From the IMG/VR virus record IMGVR_UViG_3300045988_144790: 45,035 bases of DNA. One strand, given 5' to 3'. The DNA comes from a virus. Shown here piece by piece: positions 35,738 through 42,589 of the stretch (position 1 is the stretch's first letter; the number at the start of each line of letters is the position of its first letter). A model generated the notes under the pieces. That model ran no database searches, was not told where the DNA came from, and worked only from the letters and a program-made list of their open reading frames with translations. Position numbers and translations under genes: made by a program.

Positions 35738-36214
35738 ATGTATACAGAAGTTTTTCACGAGGACACGAACAGCGAAAGCAAGAAACAGGTTCTTTCTGGT
35801 AAGGCGGGAAACTTATTACTTGGACTTAGTTTAATACTTGGCGTGATTGATAGAAGCAGTTCTGACTATTCGTATTTTGATGGAGCAGAAGGATTCCTTG
35901 CTTATATTTTGGATTCTTTATTTACAGGTCTGGGAATTTTTTTCTTAACATGGGTTATAGTGACATTTGCGGACTACTTTGCGAACAGAAAGTTTTTTGA
36001 AAAACACGAAATGGCAAAATGCGCTGTAATTGCGGCAGCGCTTGCGGTCCTTTTTTATTTTGCACCGCTTAATTTCGGGCATATGCCAAAACGCTGCCCG
36101 ATTTGCGGAAGAGAAACAGAAGGTGAATACATCGTATACAATGGGAATAGGTACTGCCTGAAAGATGGTTCACAGATATTATACGATGACGGAGTGTATA
36201 ATTTTTATGAATAA
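35738..36214 (+). CDS. multi-pass membrane protein with C-terminal zinc ribbon (moron)
   Basis: The sequence looks distinctly AT-rich relative to its flanks. CPICGRE...YCLKDG. Confidence 0.55.
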   Translation: MYTEVFHEDTNSESKKQVLSGKAGNLLLGLSLILGVIDRSSSDYSYFDGAEGFLAYILDSLFTGLGIFFLTWVIVTFADYFANRKFFEKHEMAKCAVIAAALAVLFYFAPLNFGHMPKRCPICGRETEGEYIVYNGNRYCLKDGSQILYDDGVYNFYE

Positions 36215-36314
36215 AAAAACCCCTGCCGGTGGGACAAGCACCGACAAGGGCAAAGGGCTGTCCGCTATAAAGCGAACGGCCCTATTATATCATAACAAGA
36301 AAGGGCTGTAAAGT

Positions 36315-37385
36315 ATGAAACGGACAAACACGGCGAAATGGATTGAAAGCGCGGGGCGCTGGCAGATTAACGTCCAGAAGGACGGAAAGCGGAAAACGTT
36401 CACCAGCGCGAAACCGGGCCGCACTGGGCAGAGAGAAGCCAACAAGAAAGCGGATGACTGGCTTGAACAGGGATTGCAGACGCGTGGGATGAAGGTGGAG
36501 CGGGCCTATCTGGAGTATCTGGAAAGGACGCGCAAAGTCTCCGGGATAAGCAACTACAGGCCAAAGGAAAGCCGGTGGCGCACGTGGATTGAGCCGGAAA
36601 TAGGGCACAGGCGGTTGGAATCTCTTACACAGCAGCAAGTGCAAGCGGTACTGGACAACGCCAAAAGCGCGGGCAGGAGCAGGAAAACGCTAAAAAATCT
36701 ATATGGGGATTTGACAGCTTTTTTCCGTTTTTCGCGGAACTCCGGCTATACAACGTTTATCCCGGATGCGCTGAAAATCCCAGAGGGAACACCGAAACCG
36801 CAAAAGAAAATCTTGCAGCCGGATGGATTGAAAAAGCTGTTTGAATCCGACAAAACGCTGTACAGGAGAAAAGAAATTGTAGACCCGGACATAAATGCCT
36901 ATCGGCTCTACGTCCTCACCGGGCTGCGGCCTGGGGAGCTAATCGGGCTGCAATGGGCTGATGTAAATAAAGACTGCATACAAGTCAAGCGGTCGATAAA
37001 CATTTACGGCGAAAAAACAACCGGGAAAAATGACAACGCCATCCGAGCGGTGCAGCTGTCACAACGTGCGCGGGAGGTGCTGGACACGCAACGAAAAATC
37101 ACAGGGAAACAGAAATCTGTTTTCTGCATAAACAGCGAACACACGTTATATAAGCACTGGGGAAAGTACTGCGATTACAACGGAATACAGTATGTATCGC
37201 TCTATGAGCTGCGCCACACGTTTGTGTCGATTGCAAGCGGCCTGCCAGAGGGTCAAGTCAAATCCATTGTAGGGCACAGCCGGAACATGGACACATTTGG
37301 CATCTACGGCCACACGGTTGACGGTCAAGGCCGGGAGATTGCAAGCGCTCTGGACAGTGCTTTTGATGATGTTTTAGATAGATAA
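36315..37385 (+). CDS. int: tyrosine integrase
   Basis: LRPGELIGLQWADV (Arg), ELRHTFVS (His-x-x-Arg region) and GHSRNMDTFGIYGH (His...Tyr). Confidence 0.9.
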   Translation: MKRTNTAKWIESAGRWQINVQKDGKRKTFTSAKPGRTGQREANKKADDWLEQGLQTRGMKVERAYLEYLERTRKVSGISNYRPKESRWRTWIEPEIGHRRLESLTQQQVQAVLDNAKSAGRSRKTLKNLYGDLTAFFRFSRNSGYTTFIPDALKIPEGTPKPQKKILQPDGLKKLFESDKTLYRRKEIVDPDINAYRLYVLTGLRPGELIGLQWADVNKDCIQVKRSINIYGEKTTGKNDNAIRAVQLSQRAREVLDTQRKITGKQKSVFCINSEHTLYKHWGKYCDYNGIQYVSLYELRHTFVSIASGLPEGQVKSIVGHSRNMDTFGIYGHTVDGQGREIASALDSAFDDVLDR

Positions 37386-37441
37386 AATACACAGCAGCAC
37401 CCACGAAATAGCTTTATTTCGTGGGTGCTGCTGTGTATTTT
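37385..37441. terminator. very strong hairpin terminator after int
   Basis: 26-bp perfect stem AAATACACAGCAGCACCCACGAAATA-gctt-TATTTCGTGGGTGCTGCTGTGTATTT. Confidence 0.85.
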
Positions 37442-37449
37442 AGGACGCA

Positions 37450-37666
37450 GTGTGTACTAAAGTGTGTACTGAAAAAGAAAATAGGCGCTAAAACTTACGC
37501 TTTAACGCCTATTTTTTTGGAGCGGCTGATGGGAGTCGAACCCTAGTGTATATAGGATTGTGGATATTGTTTAACGGATTATCGTTAGAAAACAGTGCGT
37601 GAAATCCTTGCTTTGAGGGCTGCGTGATGCTGCGAAGTGAAAAAGTGTGTACTTTTTATGTGTACT
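37450..37666. other. attP: tRNA 3'-end core flanked by four arm-type repeats
   Basis: Core 37518-37543, TGGAGCGGCTGATGGGAGTCGAACCC, is the reverse complement of a tRNA T-arm + acceptor + CCA. (G/A)TGTGTACT occurs at 37450, 37462, 37645 and 37658. Confidence 0.7.
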
Positions 37667-37714
37667 TTTGGGGATAGAAAAGCCCCGGCGGCCTGGATGG
37701 TGTCGGGGCATGGG

Positions 37715-38665
37715 TTAAGATTCAGCTCCGGTTTTGGGGTCAACATAAACGGTCAAGCCGGATTGCACAAGTTTTGTAGTGGGTACGCCTAGAATGTTCG
37801 CAATCTCGCGGATTACATCCTCGCTGGCATCTCCGAGAGAGCTCAATGGTACTCGCTCATAGTTGCGAATCTGGCGGTCGGAAATGCCGACCTTTTCTGC
37901 CAGCTCGCGGCCAGATAATCCGGCCTTGTTGCGATAGTAAGCAAGGGCGGTTATCTTGTTTTCAGTTACAAGATAGTTGTTTGCGATTGCCTGATAGAGG
38001 AAAACGTTCTGCACGGCTTCAGCGTTTTCTTCCTTCGTGTGGTCTGTGATGTACAGTGCCAGATTGTCAACCTGGACCAGCATTTTCTTGGTCTGTGCAT
38101 CTGCGTTCGGGTGGGCTCGGTTGACGGTCTGGCGCATGATTTCCAGATAGCGGAATGGGTTGTTCCGGCTTAGATTGTGATATGCAGATTCGGTCTGCAC
38201 AGACGGCCACACGTTTTCTGTGCGGCAGTGGTGCAGCCCGATTTGGTCAAGCAACGCGGTCACGTTTCCCCATGCCTCTGCGAGGCTCTCCGGGTCTTCG
38301 TAAGGTGTGCGCTGCTGCTTCTTCTGCGCACCGTCAAACGTTGTAACATCCGGCTCCGGCAACTCCTCCGGCGTGACGCCGTCAATCCACAATGTTGTGG
38401 TTTTTGGCTCGTCTGTGCGGGGGTCATAATGCAGCAGCACATCAGAGCCGTGCGCGGTGATAACAAGAGCTGCACCACCTTTGCCGCCAAGCGCTGCGGG
38501 CTGGTACTCTAATACGACTTTGTCCAGCTGGTAGCCTGCGCCGTTGCCAATTTCGGCGTGTTCGGCGATGGCGCAAAAGTTATTTTCGACTGCCTCAATA
38601 ATGGTTTCGCCCTCAATGGGGCGGGGCGCTCCGTTGTCGTGGTAATGGACATAATAGGTTTTCAT
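37715..38665 (-). CDS. fusion protein: unknown 240-aa N-domain plus C-terminal XRE-type HTH
   Basis: AGGAGGAA RBS. C-terminal GLSGRELAEKVGISDRQIRNYERV. Confidence 0.65.
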   Translation of the reverse strand: MKTYYVHYHDNGAPRPIEGETIIEAVENNFCAIAEHAEIGNGAGYQLDKVVLEYQPAALGGKGGAALVITAHGSDVLLHYDPRTDEPKTTTLWIDGVTPEELPEPDVTTFDGAQKKQQRTPYEDPESLAEAWGNVTALLDQIGLHHCRTENVWPSVQTESAYHNLSRNNPFRYLEIMRQTVNRAHPNADAQTKKMLVQVDNLALYITDHTKEENAEAVQNVFLYQAIANNYLVTENKITALAYYRNKAGLSGRELAEKVGISDRQIRNYERVPLSSLGDASEDVIREIANILGVPTTKLVQSGLTVYVDPKTGAES

Positions 38666-38687
38666 TTTGCTTTCCTCCTGTTATTTG

Positions 38688-38761
38688 ATTTCCTAATTCG
38701 CTATTAGGAAATAGATTAACTATACTATAGTATGATATTTCCTAATTGTCAATTAGGAAAT
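38688..38761 (-). promoter_or_regulatory. promoter with twin palindromic operators
   Basis: ATTTCCTAAT-n5-ATTAGGAAAT (38688-38712) and ATTTCCTAATT-gtc-AATTAGGAAAT (38737-38761). - strand TTGACA (38752-47) -17- TATAGT (38729-24). Confidence 0.7.
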
Positions 38762-38762
38762 G

Positions 38763-38793
38763 AAAAAATAAATCCCGGCTTGTTGGGGCCGGG
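38763..38793 (-). terminator. intrinsic terminator of the accessory operon
   Basis: On the - strand: CCCGGC-loop-GCCGGG followed by ATTTATTTTTT. Confidence 0.7.
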
Positions 38794-38800
38794 ATGGTGG

Positions 38801-39007
38801 TCAATATAGGCCGTGACAGAAAATAAAATTGCTGTCGGCGGGTTCGGCTCCGATGGCGTCAAACGCTACGGCGGCGCTGTAGGTGTCCTTGTAGTAGCCT
38901 GTTATACGGCGGTAGCCGGGGCGGATGCTGCCGACTTGAGCGGCGATGTAGTAGCCTCTTTCTGGGTCGTGCTGGATGGATAGCTGGAAAACGTCTCTTG
39001 GCTTCAC
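38801..39007 (-). CDS. hypothetical small protein
   Basis: GTGA start/stop overlap with the upstream gene. AGGAGG RBS. Confidence 0.5.
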   Translation of the reverse strand: MKPRDVFQLSIQHDPERGYYIAAQVGSIRPGYRRITGYYKDTYSAAVAFDAIGAEPADSNFIFCHGLY

Positions 39008-39396
39008 TGTTCGCTCACCTCCTGACGGATTCCGGCGTTTGCGCGGTGGATGATTTCGGCAAGTAGCTTTTCGCGGTTGGCAGGGGTGGCGGGCAGTACC
39101 CAATCAAAATCAAGCACCATTCGCGGCTCGGTGGGGTGGCGCTTCTCAGTGGGGTTGTATCGTCCCCAGCATCCGGCGGCGTCGGTGGCGTACACGGCAA
39201 CAGCCCAATAAGAGGGCAATATATCGGCGGTGTATCCTGCCTTGTGCCAGAGGCTCGGCAGGCTGTGTATGCTGCCGTCGTTGGTGCAGGCGGTAAATTC
39301 CACGCCGATGCGCTCGCCGCGCGGCGTGGTGCCTTCCAGCTCGTACAAGGTGCGGGTGGCGGCGCGGTGGTCGATGCTTTTAATTCCGGTAATCAT
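39004..39396 (-). CDS. hypothetical protein
   Basis: 130-aa ORF in operon register. Confidence 0.55.
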   Translation of the reverse strand: MITGIKSIDHRAATRTLYELEGTTPRGERIGVEFTACTNDGSIHSLPSLWHKAGYTADILPSYWAVAVYATDAAGCWGRYNPTEKRHPTEPRMVLDFDWVLPATPANREKLLAEIIHRANAGIRQEVSEQ

Positions 39397-39401
39397 GGTT
39401 G

Positions 39402-39629
39402 TTAGCTCCTTTCAGCGCGGTGGTTCCAGAGGTCGGCGACGTCGATGCGCTGTACGGTCCAGCCGGGGTCGATGGTGGCGTTGCAGTGGTTGCAGCAGAC
39501 GCGCCAGCGGTCACCGGTCGCGGTCTCATACTGTTCATAGCGGATACGGTCTTCACCGCAGAAGGGGCAGGGCAGCAGCAAAAAATCGCTGTCGGGGGTG
39601 GGGACAAAAACATTCTTAATTTTTTCCAT
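39402..39629 (-). CDS. Lar-family restriction-alleviation-like protein
   Basis: AAGGAG RBS. LPCPFCGEDRI...VCCNHCNA...DLWNHRAE matches the Lar pattern (CPFCG...C..C...WNxR). Confidence 0.6.
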   Translation of the reverse strand: MEKIKNVFVPTPDSDFLLLPCPFCGEDRIRYEQYETATGDRWRVCCNHCNATIDPGWTVQRIDVADLWNHRAERS

Positions 39630-39812
39630 TGTGTTGGACTCCTTTTCTGTTTTTGGTATATGGGGCGGGGCGGCTGCCATTGTTGGCGATGGGTGCGCGT
39701 TGTCTGGATCGATGCCGGGGTGGCTGTTATCTTGTTACCCATGAGCGCCCGCCGCTGTTGTGGCGGCGGCTGGGCTTGCACCAGTGGCGGCGGGTGCCGT
39801 CGGCCTTGCGGG

Positions 39813-40256
39813 TCAATCAAGGCAAGTTTCGCGCTTGATTTTGTACTGCGCCTTGATTTTGTCATAGGCGCGGAGCGTGACCATGTAGGCGCCCTGTTCT
39901 GCGTCGTAGGTAATACCGCGCCCGTGGAGTGGGGGCAGGCCATCACGCAGGGGGCGCAGAAAGTAGTGCTTGCCATAGTAGGCAAGATTGGCGGCGTAGT
40001 CGCAGCCCGTGGGGGCCTGCTGCATTTCGTAGCAGTAGGAATACTCGCCGGGGGCGGTGGCCTGCACGGCGGGGGTCTTGGCAGCCTCCAATGCGTCATA
40101 ATCGGGGGCGTAGCCGTAAACCTCGCCGGTACTGGGGTCGTAGCGGGAAACGGAAAAATCCGGGATGAAAAGCGCCGTGTTTGTGCCGATCTGCTGGGAG
40201 TAGCCACCGGGAACCGGGGCAAAGGTGCCGGGAATTTTGCGCTCTGTTGCTGCCAT
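39813..40256 (-). CDS. hypothetical protein
   Basis: AGGAGG RBS. 147 aa. Confidence 0.55.
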   Translation of the reverse strand: MAATERKIPGTFAPVPGGYSQQIGTNTALFIPDFSVSRYDPSTGEVYGYAPDYDALEAAKTPAVQATAPGEYSYCYEMQQAPTGCDYAANLAYYGKHYFLRPLRDGLPPLHGRGITYDAEQGAYMVTLRAYDKIKAQYKIKRETCLD

Positions 40257-40333
40257 TGTGAAAGCCTCCTGTTGTGTTGTGGTTGTTTTCGGATGTGGGA
40301 TAGGGTCGCTTTGCTGTGCAGCCCCGGAAGGTA

Positions 40334-40855
40334 TCAGGCGGTGATTGTCTCGCGGCTGTTGACGCGGTAGCTTTCGCCGCGGTACTTGTTGTATAGGTCT
40401 TGGTAGCTGGCTTTACGGTTCCGGCGGCTGGCGTCTCCTGCCGGGTGCCAGTAGTATTTGCAGCGGTTTGCACTCCACCTAAAGCCGAGCGCCTCGAGCT
40501 GGTGCAGATACTTGTGGTTTGTGTCGGCCCATATCCAGGAGCCCACAACGTCAAATTGTAAGCCGGGCATCTTGGCGAGTTCGGCGGCCATCTTGGTGGC
40601 CTCCTCATTCTGGGCGGACTTGGCGGCCTGCTCGGCGGCGTGGGCTTGCTGGTACTGCTGGCGGCCCTCGCGGGCCTGCTTGCTGCAAAACTTGGGGAGC
40701 AGGGGCCGGAGGGCGTCCCACTCGTTGTTAATCTCCTGCATGTCGGCGGTGCTGCCTCCAACATCGGGGTGATGGGTGGCGGCCAGTTTACGGTAGAGGG
40801 CCTGGCCTTCCGCGAGGGTAACGGGGCGGGGGTTGAACCATTTAAGAGTAGTCAT
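40334..40855 (-). CDS. J-domain (DnaJ-like) protein
   Basis: AAGGAGG RBS. ALYRKLAATHHPDVGGSTADMQEINNEWDAL contains the HPD tripeptide in a J-domain helix II/III context. Confidence 0.6.
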   Translation of the reverse strand: MTTLKWFNPRPVTLAEGQALYRKLAATHHPDVGGSTADMQEINNEWDALRPLLPKFCSKQAREGRQQYQQAHAAEQAAKSAQNEEATKMAAELAKMPGLQFDVVGSWIWADTNHKYLHQLEALGFRWSANRCKYYWHPAGDASRRNRKASYQDLYNKYRGESYRVNSRETITA

Positions 40856-40858
40856 TTT

Positions 40859-41059
40859 TTAGGCCTCCTTGATGTAATAGGTCACGTTGCAGTAGCGGGT
40901 GGTGTCCCAGCGGGGGGAGCGGACGATGTAGCCGGTGCCGAACTTGCCGGAGTAGCTCTCGACCGGGTAATCAGCGGGAGCCGTGCGGCGGCTGATGTAC
41001 CCGCGAGACATTGCGGTGTGATGCAACTTGTAGCTGGCGGGGATTTCGTTCTTTTTCAT
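40859..41059 (-). CDS. hypothetical small protein (first gene of the leftward accessory operon)
   Basis: AAGGAG RBS. 66 aa. Confidence 0.55.
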   Translation of the reverse strand: MKKNEIPASYKLHHTAMSRGYISRRTAPADYPVESYSGKFGTGYIVRSPRWDTTRYCNVTYYIKEA

Positions 41060-41118
41060 GGTGTTTCTCCTTTCCTGTTTGGGGTGGTTGTGTTGGCCTT
41101 GGTTGTTTCGTTGTCTAT

Positions 41119-41236
41119 ATTATAGCATACTCTGACGAGTATGCAAGATGGAATGTTGCACAAAGAATGTACGAGTATGCAAGGGGATGTTTGTGCAATT
41201 TGCCTACTTGTACGAGTATGGCATATTATATATAAT
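41119..41236. promoter_or_regulatory. divergent promoters with shared operator repeats
   Basis: - strand TTGCAT(41146-41)-16-TATAAT(41124-19) encloses the palindrome GCATACTC-tgac-GAGTATGC (41125-44). + strand TTGTAC(41208-13)-17-TATAAT(41231-36). ACGAGTATG(C/G) occurs at 41135, 41171 and 41212. Confidence 0.7.
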
Positions 41237-41260
41237 AGTTAATAGATAGGAGGCGATATA

Positions 41261-41458
41261 ATGGGCGGAAAAACCAGCACGGAGAGCAAACGAAAATATA
41301 ACGATAAAACGTATAGTAGAATTGTTCTCGATGTAAAAAAAGACGATAAAGCGCTAATTGTGCAAGCTGCGGAAAAGGCGGGCGAAAGTACAACGGCGTA
41401 CATCGTCGGCGCAGTACGTCAACGGATGGAGGCAGACAACCAAAAAACAACCGTTTGA
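41261..41458 (+). CDS. ribbon-helix-helix (CopG/Arc-like) regulator
   Basis: TAGGAGG RBS. YSRIVLDVKKDDKALIVQAAEKAGESTTAYIVGAVRQRME has a beta-alpha-alpha pattern. Confidence 0.55.
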   Translation: MGGKTSTESKRKYNDKTYSRIVLDVKKDDKALIVQAAEKAGESTTAYIVGAVRQRMEADNQKTTV

Positions 41459-41469
41459 CGTTTTGACTG

Positions 41470-41498
41470 TTGACAAAATCGCACTTAAGTTGTAAAAT
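41470..41498 (+). promoter_or_regulatory. near-consensus sigma-70 promoter
   Basis: TTGACA-17 nt-TAAAAT. An additional TATAAT lies at 41502-07. Confidence 0.7.
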
Positions 41499-41502
41499 AT
41501 GT

Positions 41503-41627
41503 ATAATGAGCGTGCCGCGCGGGAGCACGAGCGTTCCCGGCGGGGCGCACTCATTATACAGTTTTAACGGTTTAACGAACAAAATCAGGTTTCAGGCGTC
41601 CAGCTGCAAAGGCTGGGCGCTTTTTTT
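41503..41627 (+). ncRNA. about 125-nt structured leader or short RNA ending at an intrinsic terminator just before terS
   Basis: Long hairpin ATAATGAGCGTGCC...GGCGCACTCATTAT (41503-41557) with an inner CGGGA/TCCCG stem. Terminator GCGTCCAGC/GCTGGGCGC + T7 (41596-41627). No ORF. Confidence 0.45.
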
Positions 41628-41654
41628 GTACAATTTTTTTGGGGGGTGGCGCTG

Positions 41655-42173
41655 ATGGGAAGCGGAGTAGAGAGAGCCAGGCAGGCAGCAGAGCGCGGAG
41701 AGCTCACCGACAGACTAGGCCGGAAGATGACGCCGGCGCAGATTGACAACTTGCGCCCGGCTCCCAATCTGCGAGATATGGACCCGGACAAGAGGCGAGC
41801 AATCCAACAGGCAGGCGCTAGGGCATCCAACGAGACCAAGGAGAGACGGCGGACTATTAAGGAGATATATGCCGACCTATTACAGCAGCCGGACAACCTG
41901 GAGGGGCTAGAGGATGCAGAGCTAGCGCAGAGGGTACAGCAGAGCGCAGAGCAGAGAGGGCGGAGCGTGACGCTGTACGAGGCGATAGCGGTTGCTATGG
42001 CGGCCAAGGCCAAGGCCGGGGACGTCAAGGCGGCGGTCTTTGTCAGAGACTCGGCGGGGGACAAGCCCGCCGATGCGGTGGAGATTACAGCCGAGACGAT
42101 GACAGAGGCGGATAGACGATTGTTGCAGCGTATACAAGACAGGCTACAAAATGACGATGCAACGACAAAATGA
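41655..42173 (+). CDS. terS: terminase small subunit (putative)
   Basis: GGGGGT RBS. 172 aa. C-terminal AIAVAMAAKAKAGDVKAAVFVRDSAGDKP resembles the conserved terS segment (A..GD..A..F.RD..G.KP). Confidence 0.6.
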   Translation: MGSGVERARQAAERGELTDRLGRKMTPAQIDNLRPAPNLRDMDPDKRRAIQQAGARASNETKERRRTIKEIYADLLQQPDNLEGLEDAELAQRVQQSAEQRGRSVTLYEAIAVAMAAKAKAGDVKAAVFVRDSAGDKPADAVEITAETMTEADRRLLQRIQDRLQNDDATTK

Positions 42174-42244
42174 ATTTCACTAAATAAGTATTTAGCGAAA
42201 TAGGAAGGCCGGAAAGGCTGGAAAGGGTCGGCGAGCAGGGTGAG

Positions 42245-42274
42245 AGACCGACCGGCAGGGGGTCTATTTTTTTT
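42245..42274 (+). terminator. terminator after terS with a competing upstream stem
   Basis: AGACC(42245-49)/GGTCT(42261-65) + T8. The alternative stem GGTCGG(42226-31)/CCGACC(42248-53) is mutually exclusive with it. Confidence 0.5.
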
Positions 42275-42477
42275 AGAGATAGGGAGCCAGAGGGGCAAGG
42301 GGGGCAGGGAGTACCCCACCCCCCTATGAAGGGCGACCGGGGGCGAGAGGAGAGCGCAGCCCAGTACGAATATGTTCGTTCCCCCAGCGCGTTTGATTTT
42401 AAATACTACCTCCCCCCTATTGGAACTGTTGCAAATTTTGCACAGGTTCCCCAAAACAAAAATGATATAAAGTGTAT

Positions 42478-42586
42478 CACGGTACGGATGTCAGTGGCCT
42501 CCTACTGACTATGGGATTAGGGCTGTCCGTTTCAAGACCCAGCAGCCAAATATAAAGCGCTTTGCAGCAATGCAGGGCGCTTTTTT
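42478..42586 (+). ncRNA. candidate ~110-nt sRNA
   Basis: Extended -10 TGaTATAAA (42463-71). Hairpin GTCAGT-GGCCTCCT-ACTGAC (42490-42509) with a CCUCCU loop. Ends at the 42554-86 terminator. Confidence 0.3.
42554..42586 (+). terminator. intrinsic terminator with GCAA tetraloop
   Basis: GCGCTTTGCA-GCAA-TGCAGGGCGC followed by T6. Confidence 0.8.
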
Positions 42587-42589
42587 ATT

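Noticed and set aside
36215-36314. The hairpin CCCTGCCGGTG...CACCGACAAGGG after the moron gene, considered as its + strand terminator.
   Set aside because: The U-run lies on the opposite side (an A7 run precedes it on the + strand). If functional, it terminates - strand read-through rather than the + strand gene. Left unannotated.
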